A DNA stretch of 63,622 nt, counting the filler, from Chiloscyllium plagiosum (lineage: Eukaryota): NCBI RefSeq assembly GCF_004010195.1. It is 4 parts of one record of this genome, joined end to end, with 100 filler letters (N's around TTAATTAATTAA, not from the genome) between each part and the next. Parts side by side here need not be neighbours in the genome. Positions count along the whole stretch, not along the records: positions 34,642 to 62,160 come from NC_057713.1; 3 more parts are not named here. The stretch is one strand, 5' to 3'. Below are positions 48,561-62,160 of this stretch, piece after piece. The notes beneath the pieces were generated by a model. It saw only the letters and a list, made by a program, of their open reading frames with translations. It did no database searches and had not been told where the DNA came from. Within the stretch, counting starts at the first letter, position 1. Each line of letters opens with the position of its first letter. The position numbers and the translations under genes were made by a program.

Positions 48561-51138
48561 AAAGGAAGTCCATTATTTATTTTTGCAGTAAAGATGCACT
48601 AAATGAACCTACCAAATTCAGTCCATTTGAATTAGTTTTTGGCATGAGGTGTGAAGACCACTGAAGTTAATTAAGGACTCTATGTCAATTTGAAGGGAAA
48701 GACTAAATTGAGAGAGTGAAACAGGTAGCAGACAAGAAATTTTTCAAAACTCACAATTTTGCTAATTGAGCTAATGTGTTAGTGTTACTTCTAGTGAAGG
48801 GTGAACCTTTGAAAGCTAGGGTATGGGCCTTATCAAATTGAAAGGAAATCGAATGAGGTGAATTATTTGATAACATTGCCAAATACAAAGACTCAAAGGT
48901 ATGTCATGTGAATATGCTCAAAAGATATTTTAATAGGGAAGGAAAGCTAAAGGAGAATGTGTTACTGGTTACAATATGACATGAAGAACCAAGTTCAGAT
49001 CATTCTGGATTGGACATCCGTCTAATTAAATAGAACAATGAGGAGGTTCTGCAAAGTTTGGATAAATTATTGAGTTAAATTCCTGAGGAAAATTGAAATG
49101 ACCTGAAAGAGTTATTACAGTCAAAAGGGGAGACATGGGGATTAAGCTGGGAAGTTCTAATTTAATTACACATGATATATAGGAAATGCTGTTCCATTTA
49201 TGGAGCATCCTTATAGACCTAACCATTCTAAAGTTGGCTTACGTTCAAAGTGATTATACGCATGGTCAGAGATAACATACTCAAAGTGAGTTGCAGCGAC
49301 TGGAGATCACCCAAAATAATGCTGTCAAAACTAAATGGTACACACAATTATGTGTCAATTATCACAAATCAATGTAGTTACTAAGTCTGATTCATATCCT
49401 ATTGAGAGGTAGGACAAGCAATTTATATTTCTAAGTTCGACTTACTCAGAGGACGCTAGTATGTATCTGTTCAGAAGAGTGAAGACAATTTTGGCTTTTG
49501 TAACACCAAATGGACTATATCAATTTAAAGTCACGCTATTTGGTCTGAAAAATGAGTGAGCCATATTTCAAAGACTAACCAATAAAGTCATTTCTGGATT
49601 ACCTGTATGACGACATGGTGATTTTTAGTCACACATGGAAGAAACTTTTGCAGCATCTATTTGAATTGTTCCATTGGCTTTTGGAGACAGATTTGGTGAG
49701 CAACCTGGCTAAGTGTGAATTCACAAATGCCCAAGTCACAATCCTGGACCATTGTTATTGGACATAGACAAATGACCCCAAGGTATATGAAAACAAAGTT
49801 TATTGGGGAATATCAACAAAGAGGACTGTACTACAACTCCTAGGATTTAGTGGATTTTATCAAAAGTTTATGCAGAATTTTAGCAGAGCGTTCGTTGCAC
49901 TGACTGACTTACTGAAGAAGTGCAGAAAATTTCAGTGGATGACAGACTGTCAGAAGACACTTGGCAGCCTGAAAACTATGTTAACCACTGCCCCAGTGTT
50001 AATCAAACCTAATTACATAAATCCATTCAAGGTGTCTATCAATGTGAGTGATGTAGGTGTCAGTGCTATACTCTTACAAGAAGATAACAAGTAGATAGAA
50101 AGACCTATTGGGTATGTTTTCTGAAAATTGAATACTCCGCAACAGAAATATTCCATGACTGAGAAGGAACCCTTGAACTTTTTGTTGACATTACAATATT
50201 GCAACATTTATATTGCCAGTAATGTATCTGAGATAATTGTACATACTGATCATAACCCATTAATGTTTTTGGAGAAATTTAAGGACAGAAATTCCAGACT
50301 ATTTAGATGGAGCTAGTTATTAGAGGCATTCAGTATGAAAATTATACATGTATCAGGATGAGAGAACATAATATCAGCTTTGAAGAAGAAAGATAGAGGT
50401 GTGCAGTGGCGTGAATAAATGGCCTGAAATAGACTGCAGTAGTGAATGTTTGCAAGCTTAGAATCAGTGTAATGTCTATGTATTGTAGTATACTAATAGA
50501 ATTAGGCTAAGGATATCTTATAATGAATAATTCTAATTTGATAGTTAATTTTCTTTGAAGGTAAAGTGCAACAATGCTGTCACTTTAAGAGATTATTTTG
50601 TCCTTTTTTTTGTTGAAGAGATGTTGTTAGGCAGAGGTTTTGAGCTGCATATTGAAGACCACTTGAGTAGGGAGGCCTTGGGATTTTTTTAATGCAGTCT
50701 GAATGGGTGTGGCCAGCTCTCTCAGTAGTAATTGATGTCTGAACAGCGTTGGAAGCTTCAGTCTCCCAATTTTCTCTTGACATTGTTTCTGTCTGGATGG
50801 GAAAACTGCATGTGAGAATTGGTGTCTGAATTTTCCTTTCTTGACAAAGGATATGTTTATGGGGTGTTACTATATTGTAAAAGTTAAGTAGTAATAGCTA
50901 CTATATCTATTATGCTGCTAAGTTTTCCAATAGGGTTACAACATTCTAATTTCCTCATTCTTTACTTGTATTTTAACTACAGTATTTAAATTAGTTGTGT
51001 TTTTCTTAACATTGAGTAGTTTAACCAGTTGTATTGCACCTGGAACAGATACTTTTCATTTGCCTTTAAAAGAAGAAAAGTTTAGGGTCTAGGCTACCTT
51101 CTTAAAATATTTTGAGGCAGTCTGGTCCAGTCCATAAG
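48561..51138 (+). mobile_element. Gmr1-like Ty3/gypsy element, 3' half: integrase C-part, RT, RNase H, 3' LTR (about 50567-51138)
   Basis: In order: FSPFELVF (48617), GPYQIERK..VNYLI, CHVNMLKRYF, HPYR, TKSDSYPI, FVTPNGLYQFKVTLFGLKN, YDDMVIFS, FKVSINVSDVGVSAILLQED, KYSMTEKE and HTDHNPL. Confidence 0.88.
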
Positions 51139-51604
51139 AGTACACCAGAACACCGTGAGTGTTTACATCTCAGCATTCTGCAGTTGTTCACCATTTAAAG
51201 ATTATTGTTTCTTTCATTCTTCCTGTTGAACAACTTTACATTTTTCCACATTACACTCTATCTGTAAGATTTATGTCCACACATTCAACCTTTTATATAT
51301 TTATTTTTGCAGCATGCCTGTTTTCAAATTTAGCTACCATGCTTTCACTGTTTTCATTTACATTATTGATATATTTTTACAAAAACCCAAGGTTCAGACT
51401 CCCTGAGGGACTCCACTCCTCACATCCTTATTCATTAGTATTTTCAACACATGCTTTAAAAAAGAGAAAATAGGCAGTGATGTATAAGGAGTATTGCATC
51501 GTGCTTCAATTATTTAAATTATTTATACCAATTTTTGGCCCTGATTTGCCTATTAGGATGTCAGTGTGATTGCCTGAACTAGTTTTAATCAAGTAAACTT
51601 GTAA

Positions 51605-52027
51605 CAGTCTTATCAGACCACAAGGCTGCTCTCTCAATAGAGGGAGACAGCTGATGGTAGTTCAACTTGAGGTAAGGTTAAAACACTGAGTTTGGAGTGT
51701 TTTTGGCTTTGAGTTGAAGATGCCTTGAACGAACATTTACCTGAATATTTTGTTGACTATTTCTATGAGAGTGGGTCATTTTCTGAGGCTGATGTGCAGT
51801 GCTTGAGGCACTTTGAGAAAATTTATAGTGTGATGATACAGTCATATTTGACTCTAATTTTAACCGCAATAGTTAACTGAGCCTCAAGAAGGGTGAAATT
51901 GAGAGATATTCAAAGTAACCGTAGCCAGTGCAGGAATTGAACCCACACAGTTGGTATTACTCTATAAATTAAGCTCAACAAAATCTATTACAACCAAGCT
52001 ATCCAACCAACTGAGCTAATCAGCCCA
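51605..52027 (-). mobile_element. Old tRNA-derived SINE (not HE1), interrupted at about 51680-51870
   Basis: The minus strand has GGGCTGATTAGCTCAGTTGG (A box), GGGTTCAATTCC (B box) and 3' AGAGAGCAGCCTTGTGGTCTG. Confidence 0.6.
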
Positions 52028-53589
52028 ACCAGACTGGGTCAGAGAGAAAATGTTCTACTCCACAGGTGTTCTTGGACCTTTTTGGTATTTGGCTTCTGGG
52101 TGGTGTAAGGAGTATATAAATATATTTTGAAGCTAATGACAATTGAGTGGAACCAGCTGGTTGAAATAATAGGTCTTTTCCTGCTTACTGTTTTACATGT
52201 GCACATTTGTTCAGGTAACTAAATTATTAGTCCAACGACATGACTACATTCTATAGACAAAGAATCATGGTATACATCAATAATAAAATTCTGTGAAACT
52301 ATGGGCCTTGAAGTTCCATGTAGTGGACCAGAATAGCTGACCCAGTCTGGGAACTCGTGTTCTATGCTGGCCAGCTAGCTGACCTTGTTACAATTACTAC
52401 AACTATTAGTTAACTTAACTAGATGCTTCATAACTTATTTAGTTATATTTTACAAGAATGTCTAAAACAAGGGAATCTCTGATGTAATCATTGGACAAAA
52501 GGAAGAGGAAAAGAGGCGACAATTTTGTTGAGCTTAATTTATAAAACAGAACAAGAAGAACAACTTAGTCATTGGTGTCCATCAAGAGAACTTGATAAAT
52601 ATGGTCACCTTTGTCATGCAGAGCTAGATGGCACTGGCACAAAGTGAGTTGTAGTTCACCACAATTACATAGTGAAACTGCATGGTATGCAACAGTCTGC
52701 ACTTGAAGGATTTTTTTAAAGACTGATATTAATGTAAAAAGCCTGTGCACTTTCAGTTTTCTTTGGTCTTTCTGCAAAAGAAGGAATACTATGCCTTTAA
52801 ACCATCACATATAAATATGAGTTGTCTTCACTAATATTTAGCGCACTGTGAGTCGCTCCTTTAATACTCAGACTGCAAATGAAAGTAGCCAATAGCACTG
52901 AGTCTGAGAAGTTAGCTACCTGACTTTGTAACAGATGGCTTACAAAACCGTTATGCCTTTGGTAGTTCTAAGTGCGATATATAACTGAAATTAGGCAGAG
53001 GGGTTGTAGAGGAGAAGCGAAATATGAAAGCTTGTGCCCTCCAGTGCTTTAGCTGCATCTGTTATTACCACATCATCTGAACGTATCAAAGAATCCTATC
53101 ATTACTTCATTTAGGAAAGGTTGCTGTAGCATTGTGTTTATTTCTGCTCTATGACCTGCGTACCTCATGGGATCAGGGATCGCTCTCATAAATGTAAACC
53201 TCGCCAAATGATAAGTTTTTAGCCAATGTCTCAAGGCAATATCTTGCGTGCCTATATCAGAGGCTGTGATGGCTTTGTTTGCAAGTGATCATCACTTTTC
53301 CTTCAAAAAGGAAACATCAGCTGAATTGGGCATATGAAGAGCGAAAAAGGTTTGCATTGCATCGTTTGAGATTAGCTAGACTCCCTCGAAACTGACAATG
53401 GGCCAACACCTGAGTGGTCTCTGCTGATTAGTGAATAAATCAATGGGGAACACTTTGAAATAGTACTTTGTAAATAAATGTTTATGAATTCCACAATATT
53501 TATAAGATCTTTCATGCCTTTTGTCCTTCATAAATATGGTGAATACAGGTGATAGCTGGTCACCATCATGCAAAAAAGAAGGAAGCATA

Positions 53590-54955
53590 TGTTAAGTACA
53601 GTATTAAAAACAGGGGAAGCCATTCAGAAGTACAGAGACTGTGTGGAGAAGTGCTTAGAAAGAAAGAGGGGCTGCTAGACAGGTGTTAGAAAAACCCAAA
53701 GGCATTTTGTAATTATATTAAGAGCAAAAGAAAGTGTAGTGCCTATTAGAGCCCAAAGAGGCAATCTGTGCATGGAGCCAGAGAACTTGGGTGAGGTCTT
53801 AAATGAATATTTCTCATCAGTATTCACAAAAGAGAAAATGTTGTAGCTGGAGACATCAGTTGAAATGGTGAGCTTCTATAGCATGTTAAGGAGAAGGTAT
53901 TATAGATGTTCTAGCAGCATAAAAGTGCATAAAACCCAAAATTGTAATGAGATATACCCCAGGTTGCCAAGGCTGATAGGGGAGGAAATTTCTGGGGCAC
54001 TGGTGAAGATTGTTAGTACTTCACTGGTCACAGGAAAAGTGCCAGATGACTGAAGGATAGCTAATATGATTCCTTTGTTTGAGAAGGGCAGCAAGGATGG
54101 ATCACATATTTACAGAGCAGTTAGTCTGATATTAGGGGAGGGAAAAGTTTTGGAAAAAGAAGTCTGAGGGTTAGCATTAATCAATGTTTTGAAAGGCAGG
54201 AATTGATCAAGGATAGTCAGTGTAAATTTGTTGGATGGCAATCCTGTCTGACTAATTTAATTGAGTTTTTTTGAAAATGTGAGAAAACATATTGTAGTGT
54301 AGTTAATATGGTTTACATGGACTTCAGTAAGGCCCTTGACAAAATCCTACATGGAAGGCTGATTAACAAGGTAAGAGCCCATGGGATTCAAGGCAAGTTG
54401 GCAGACTGGAACTAAAATTGACTTACAAATAGGTGGAACAGCACAGCAGGTCAGGCAGCATCCAGGGAACAGGAGATTCGACGTTTCGGACAGAAGGGCC
54501 TGTGCCCGAAACGTCGAATCTCCTGTTCCCTGGATGCTGCCTGACCTGCTGTGCTGTTCCAGCAATAAAGTTTCAACTTTGATCTCCAGCATCTGCAGAC
54601 CTCACTTTCTCCTTACAAATAGGTGGTAAAAGCTGTTGGTGGAGATCATGAGAATGTTTGAGTCAGGGAAAATGTGTGTAAGACCAGAGGGCATATGTAT
54701 AAGTTGAGGAGTAAGTAGTTTAGAGGGATCTAGGAATAATGTTTTCAACCAGCGGATGGTAAATATGTGGAACATGCTGCCTGAGAGGGAAGTGGAGGCA
54801 GGTACTTTTGTAAGACTTAAGAAGCATCTGGATGTGAACTTAGTGCATAGCCTACTGTACCCTGGCATTTTAAGTGCAGGTAAATGGGATTAGCATAATT
54901 GGTGTTTGTTAGCCATGGTGGGCCGAATGACCCCTGTTTCATTGCTGTATGACTG
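53590..54955 (+). mobile_element. CR1 ORF2, decayed and internally deleted
   Basis: EVLNEYFSSVFT, GKVPDD*RIAN, YMDFSKALDK and VNMWNMLP. Confidence 0.85.
54437..54611 (+). mobile_element. Young fold-back PLE mini-insertion
   Basis: Perfect inverted arms of about 55 bp (54435-54489 and 54506-54560) plus a pLTR 3' extension. Exact 15-bp TSD CTTACAAATAGGTGG at 54422-54436 and 54612-54626. Confidence 0.9.
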
Positions 54956-55961
54956 AGGACAGTGGTCATATCTTCAGGAAGTAACATGATGCATTTAATG
55001 TAGCAATTCTTATAACTGCACCACTTGAAGAGGAAAGATCATTGACCAAATGGTTTAGGACACCAGGCTATTCTCTGTATCAATGATTGTTGATCCCACT
55101 AAGAAAGTCATTAATATCAGAAGAGTAGCTCTGTGTGAATGCCTTCACAGCTGCTTGCTGTTCCTAAGCTGTCAGCTTCACTTTTAGAAAGTTGTGTATG
55201 CAACTTAAACATTATTGTTAGAATGTGCAAAAGGACAAATTTTATGTACCAAATTGTATTTACATTTGCTATTGATAGACAAGATTCCATGCATGGAAAG
55301 AAGGCGCTACGTTATCGTTAAAATTATTTGAGTATGGAATTCTTCTCTGCTGATCCAGATGAATAAATATTTGATTTCCACATGTGCACATACTCCACTG
55401 TGTTTTTGTGTAATGGCAGGCTGCAGCTGGACACTTTGTATTCAGCTCCTCAAATCATGGATATTGAAATGGGTTGTGACAACCCTAATACTGAACCAGC
55501 TAACAGTAACTACCTTGGTAAAGATTGGTCATTCATTTGGAATCACTCTGGCCCTTTATACCCTTATGCCGGTACATTTTGTAGATAATTTTCAAACAAA
55601 AACTAAACACTCTTTTTGCAATGGCAGAGTCAATTATTAATATGAAATATGATTATAGTTGTATGGTGACATTATGCATAAATTGTGCAGGTCCTTCACA
55701 GAAGCAGTAATTTCCTTGCCACACCCAAATGCATTGCTGTACCTTAATTTGATCTAGACTACATTCTGTATCGTTTTTGTTAGTCTCCATTCAACATGCA
55801 GTGTTAATTCACTACAATAAGTTGTCACTTTAAAATGTCAGTATTTTATAAAGATCAGAAAAACACAGGCTGCTAAGTGACTTGTGAATTGGGAGTAAAA
55901 TGAGTTTGAATAATTTCCATCTAAGTCTCTATCGCAGAAGTCTTATTTTACAGCATTATTA

Positions 55962-56452
55962 GGTACTCACCCTCAGAATGGTTGGGATCTCATGTCAATG
56001 CATTCAGGATCTCATCCACAGAGTTGTTAGATTAGATATATTAGGTTCCCTACATTGTGGAAACAGGCCCTTCAGCCCAACACTCCAAAGAGTAACCCAC
56101 CAGACCAATTTCCTTTTGACTAATGCACCTAACACTATGGGCAATTTAGCATGGCCAATCCACCTGATCTGCACATCTTTCGGACTATGGGAGGAAATCG
56201 GAGTACCTGGAGGAAACCCACGCAGACACAGGGAGAATTTGAAAGCTCCACACAGACAATTGCCTGAGGTAAGAATCGAACCTGGGACCCTGCTGCTGTG
56301 AGGCAGCAATGCTAGCCACTGTGCCGCCCCACTCTCACTCTCAGACAGATCGGGATCTCACTAGCTGAGGGCTCAGGATCTCATCCACAGGTGGGTCAGG
56401 ACCACACCCTCAGAAGAGTTGGGATCTTTACTCAGAGGAATTGAGATCTCAA
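55962..56452. repeat. Degenerate 22-23 bp minisatellite (GGATCTCA core) split by an HE1 insertion
   Basis: GGATCTCA-like cores recur at about 22-23 bp spacing on both sides of the SINE. Confidence 0.6.
56027..56329 (-). mobile_element. HE1 V-SINE
   Basis: GGAGGAAACCCACGCAGACAC and GCCACTGTGCCGCCCC on +. Confidence 0.92.
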
Positions 56453-56589
56453 ATACATTAACTGAAGAAAAGATGAGAGTTGATTCTGTAAATAAGTTTA
56501 AAAGGGAGTTAGACAGGTACTTGAGAATTATGAATTTAGAGTGTTATGGACAAAAAAAAAAGCATTGGAACTAAGCTACTCTTCCTCTC

Positions 56590-59530
56590 AGCTCATGTCC
56601 AAAAACGAATTCAAATGGAATGAATGTAATTGATTCATTAGGTGCATCCCTAATTTCAAAATATACAAACATAATCCTTTATCACAGTTCCCTGGATAGT
56701 CTTGACTATAAGCCCTCAACATGGTCTTTAAATTTTGATGCCCCCATTCTAATTCTGGATAGCATGCAGTGGATTTGAATTGTCTCATTGCACCTCATAT
56801 TTTCATAAACTGCCACCATTCAGATAATAATCTGCCTCCCTGTTTTTGTCACCAAAGTGGATTAACTCACATTTGTCCATGTTATATTACATTTATCAAG
56901 TATTTTCCTACTTAGCCAGCCTCTTCAGGTCATGCTGCAGCCTCTTAGCATTCTCCTGGCAGCACACATAGCCACCTAGCTTAGTGTCGTCTATGAGTTT
57001 GGAGATATGGCATTAAATTCCTTCATTAATCCACTAATGTATATTATGAACAACTGGGGTCCCAGCACTGAACCCTGTGGTACCCCATTCATCACTATCT
57101 GACATTCTGAAAAGAACCAGTCTATTACAACTCTGCTTCCTACTGCCAGCCTGTTCTCTATCCGCATCAATATATCACCTATGATACCATGAGCTTTAAC
57201 TTTGATTATTAATCTCTAATGAGGAACCTTTGCAAAAATCTTTCAGATGTACAGCATCCACTGATGCACCCTTGTTTACTTGACTGGTCACATCCTCAAA
57301 CAATTCCAGAAGATTTGTCAAGAAAGTTTTCCCTTCAGTGAATTTATGCTGACTTGGACCAATCCTATCACTGCTTTTCAATTGCTCAATTGTTATATCC
57401 TTAATTGACTCCAACATCTTCCCCACCACCAGTGTCAGGCTAACCAGCCTTAATTCCCTGTTTTTGTTTTTCTCTGTGTCTCTCTCCTTTTTAAAAAAAT
57501 ATGTAGAGTAACCCGAGCTATCCACTAGTCCATTGAAACTCTTCCAGAGTCCATAGAATGCTGGAAAATGATCACCAATGTGTCCACTATTTCTAGGGCC
57601 ACTTCCTTAACTACTCTAGGATGCAAAGCATTAGACCCTGGGGACTTGCTGGGTTTAAAATCAATCCATTTTCCCAACACAATTTTCTGACTAATCAGGA
57701 TTTCCTTCAGCTCCTCCATGTTTAACCCTCAGTCTCTTAGCATTTCTAGAATTCATTTGTGTTTAGTGAAGACAGATCCAAAATATTTGTTCAACTGGTC
57801 TGCCATCTCTTTGTTGTCCATTATAAATTCACCTTATTCGAACTGTAAAGGACCTACATTTGTCTTCACCAGTCTCTTTCTCTTCACATATCTATAGAAA
57901 CTTTTGTAATCAGTTTTTGTTTTCTACAAACTCACGCTTGTACTCTATTTTCCGCTTCCAAATTAAACTCTTTGTCCTCCTCTGCTGATCTGTAAGTGTC
58001 TCCTAGTCCTCAGGTTTGCAGCTTTTCCTGGCCAATTTGATTTCTTTCTGTTAGCTACCTTCTCAGTTTTACTCTTACACCAGACAGACATACAATTGTT
58101 GAAGCCCATCAATTTGTTCTTTAAATCCCAGCCATTGTCTATCCATCGTTAACCCTTTAAGTATCCTTGGCCAACCTATCCTAGCTAATGCACTCCTCAG
58201 AGTTGAGAGAGTAATGCTGGAAAAGCACAGCAGGTCAGGGAGCATCCAAGGAACAGGAGAATCGGTGTTTCAGGCATAACCCCTTCCTCAGGAATCCCAG
58301 TATTGGTGATACATTAGGGACATTTATGTGACTCTTGGATAGGCAAATGGAAGTTAGTACAATGAAGGGTATGCAGGTTAGTCTGATCTTCGAGCAGGAT
58401 AAAAGGCTGGCACACTGTTCTGTGTTTTATGTGCTATTCTGTTAATTTCCTCCTTAACCATCAATGTTACCCCACCTCTTTTTCCTTTCCGTCTATCTTT
58501 CTGGAAAATTGAATACCTCTGGATTTGAGTTCCTATCCTTGGTTACCTCAGAGCTAGAACTCTGAACCCAATTATGTCATATTCATAAATAACTGTCTGC
58601 ACAGTTAATCATCCACCTTAATACAAATGCTCCTCACGTTGAGATACAGAGCCCTCAGGCTCATTTTGTTTTTACATTTATTGCCCCTTTAGGATTATGA
58701 TATAATGTTGCCCTTTTTGATGTTTGTCTTTTGGTTTCTCTGCCTTTCACTTTCACTTTTCTCCTTACTGTCTTTTGTTTCTGTCCCAACTTTACTTCCC
58801 TCCAACTTGGTGCATTGGTTCCCATCCCCCTGCCAAATGAGTTTAAACCCTCCCCAGTACTAGTAAATGTTCCTTCTGGACATTTGTTTCAGTCCTGCCC
58901 AGTTGTACTGGTCGCACCTCCCCAGAACCAGTTCCAATGTTTGAGTAATTTCAATCCTTCCCTTTTGCACCATTGCTCAAGTCACATGTTCATCTTAGCT
59001 TCCATCTCTGACGAGCATGTGGCATTGTTAGAAATCCTAAGATTACTATTTGCAATGTCCTACTTTTTAGTTTAACTCCTAATTCCCTTAATTCAGCTTG
59101 TAGGACCTCATCCCACTTTTTACCTTTATCATTGATGTATGTATTATGCACCTTGATAGCTGGCTATTCATCCTCCCCCTCCAGAATGTCCTGCAGCCAG
59201 TCTGAAACATTCCAAACCCAGACACCAGGGAGGCAACATACCATCCTCAATTCAGCTACAGAAGCACCTATTTATTCCCCTTATAATTGAATCCCTATTA
59301 CTACAACTCACTTTTTTTCCTGTCCTCCTGTGCAGCAGAGCCAGCCATGGTGCCATCAACTGGACAGCTGCTGCTGCCTTCCCCTAATAAGCCACCTTCC
59401 CCCAATAATATCCAAAATGGTATGTTTGTTTTGCAGGGAGGTGATCACAGTGGACCCCTGAACTACCTTCCTACTCTTCCTCTGTCTGATGGTCACCATT
59501 TCCTCCCTTGCTCAATAATTTTTATCTGTA
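56590..59530 (-). mobile_element. Old long CR1 LINE (ORF1 esterase through RT), with a PLE pLTR fragment at 58198-58295 and a + strand CR1 tail at about 58305-58430
   Basis: VSLTLVVGKMLESI, KSPGSNALHPRVVKEVA and GVPQGSVLGP; ORF1 motifs MVCCLPG (about 59225-59245) and DSIIRG. Confidence 0.85.
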
Positions 59531-59537
59531 TACTATG

Positions 59538-61434
59538 GGGTCAGTGAATACTGATTCCAACTTTTTTGCTTTAGGTATGGGACCTATACAATCAAGACCC
59601 ATGTCAGAGGTTCCTCAAATGCAGGAATGTGTATTAAGGCTGCTGGTTTTATCACTGTCTAATGTTTTCCAATTACTGACATGTATGACATGTCCAGCAA
59701 AATTCAACCACATCCTTAGACAGTTTACAAAAACCATTTTTGGTGTGTTTTGACTTGAGTTTTCCTTACTCCCAAATGACTTCCTCTTAGTAATTCATGT
59801 ACTCTCTGAAAAAAACAAATTGGATACCCACAACTGAAATTTCTCTAGTACGCCTACCACCACTTCACTTTTCCAACCTCACTTTATGTTTTGCAATACT
59901 GCTCTTCTCACCATGAATTCCACACATTACCAATTTTTCTGGTAATACTCCTTCTGAATTACATAAAACCTCATCTTTTATCATCAAAGACTGACATTCT
60001 TCCATATATCTTAGAATTGTAATTTCTTTACCTGCTCCTCCTGACATATAAGAGTAAATCTTACCCTCACGAGTAAATTCTTTAAAGAGATCTGGTACTT
60101 TCTTCTCAACCAAACCATGACCCAGTTGTACATTCTGATGCAACTTTTTAGCTTCCACTGTGCATTCCTTTACCACTTCAACAAAACTCACTGGTTTATC
60201 CTATTTTCCCCACATCCATCTTCCTAGTATTTTTTCGAAACCACTGACTTTACGACTGCATATGGCTGATTTTATTTCAGTAAAAACACATGAGTTCTTT
60301 TATTTCTCTTTCTGCCCCACGTGTTCCATTTTTGATCTGTAGTAAACTACTTTTATTATCTTCAGTGAGATCTCCTTTACTTTACTACCTGAGGATATCT
60401 TTCCCCCCTAATTTTATCCCTCACAAACTGAAATTGATGTTAGAAGTCATACTTTAATTTATGAACAAACTCAATAGGATCTGCCATTTCCATTGCTAAC
60501 CTCAATGTCTGTATGACCAGGGTCCCTCCGTAGATTCTTAAAATGTTGTCTGTAGACTTCTGGTATTAGTTCATATCCACTTGATTTTTCATCCTCTCGT
60601 ACTGCCCGGATACCCTCTCTGATGGCGATGCAAATACCTCACTTGCACTACTACCAACTCTGTTTGGACCAACAATACCCACATAGTCACCAGCCATTTC
60701 ATTTGTTTAGCCACTTTCTCAAATGAAGTGAAAAAGTCTTCTACATCTTTCTTGTCGAAATTGGGCAATGCTTGCACATATTTAAACAGAACCCCACCAG
60801 GTCTTTGCCTGTGATGGTTTTGTTCTCTATCACTATCCTTCTCATGAAGTCAACTTCTACCTTAACCTTCACACGTTTTAAGTTGACTTTCCTGTCTAAT
60901 TTATAACTTCTGAAGTTCAAATGCTCACACTTTCTACTTTACTTCTCTCTCTTTCTCCCCTTCTTCTGATAGGGCCTTCCTCTCCTCCTCTTCTTCCTCT
61001 GCTTTTAATCATAACTGTTTCATTTCCTTCTTTTTCTTTTTTTTCTGCCAGGACTATTCTTCCCTTTTCTTTTGCCTCTAAATCAAGCTGCTTCATTTGC
61101 AATTGAATTTCAGCCATTTCCAAAGATTCCAATGGCATTCCTGGTAACTATTTCCGCTTTCCTCGCAGACGCAGGCAACCCGACTCCAGCTTGTTTGCTA
61201 ATTCGGAAAGCATTGCCTTCCTCACTTCCTGTAAAACTGCCAAAATGATTACTTCCACCTCCAGAAAACTCTTAGCGACTGAAACCAACATTACTACAGA
61301 AGTCACACCCTGTTTAAACCAACTAAATTCACCACACACAAAATAAAAGATACTAACACTTACCACTCTCTGCCTTTAAATCCAATAATCCTAAACCCAA
61401 CTGGAATTAGAGATTTTGATCCCAGGAAGAGACC
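59538..61434 (-). mobile_element. Gmr1-like Ty3/gypsy element, 5' half: PBS, gag, protease, integrase N-part
   Basis: Decayed tRNA-Pro-type PBS at 61419-61434. Gag LPNFDKKDVEDFFTSFEKVAKQMKW..WVLLVQ, protease ITILRY(DTG-like), then directly KDVVEFCWTCHTCQ..IKPAALIHIPAFEEP..DCIGPIPKAKSWNQY (integrase zinc-binding region and start of core). Confidence 0.85.
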
Positions 61435-62160
61435 TTAAGACCATAAGACCATAAGGCATAGGAGCGGAAGTAAGGCCATTCGGCCCATCGAGTCCACTCC
61501 GCCATTCAATCATGGCTGATGGGCATTTCAACTCCACTTACCCGCATTCTCCCCGTAGCCCTTAATTCCTTGTGACATCAAGAATTTATCAATTTCTGCC
61601 TTGAAGACATTTAGCGTCCCAGCCTCCACTGCACTCTGCGGCAATGAATTCCACAGGCCCACCACTCTCTGGCTTAAGAAATGTCTCTGCATTTCTGTTC
61701 TGAATTTACCCCCTCTAACTCTAAGGCTGTGTCCACGGGTCCTAGTCTCCTCGCCTAACGGAAACAATTTCCTAGCGTCCACCCTCTCCAAGCCATGTAT
61801 TATCTTGTAAGTATCTATTAGAACTCCCCTTAATCTTCTAAACTCCAATGAATATAATCCCACGATCCTCAGCCGTTCCTCATATGTTAGACCAACCATT
61901 CCAGGGATCATCCGTGTGAATCTCCGCTGGACACGTTCCACTGCCAGTATGTCCTTCCTGAGGTGTGGGGACCAAAACTGGACACAGTACTCCAAATGGG
62001 GCCTAACCAGAGCTTTATAAAGTCTCAGTAGCACAACAGTGCTTTTATATTCCAACCCTCGAGATAATTGACAACATTGCATTCGCTTTCGCTTTCTTAA
62101 TCATGGACTCAACCTGCATGTTTACCTTTAGAGAATCCTCAACCAGCACTCCCAGATCCC
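61435..62160 (-). mobile_element. Young CR1 3' part (open frame 61528-62082)
   Basis: LYKALVRPHLEYCVQFWSP..TRGHSL..WNSLP, with a (TAAGACCA)n tail on +. Confidence 0.95.
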
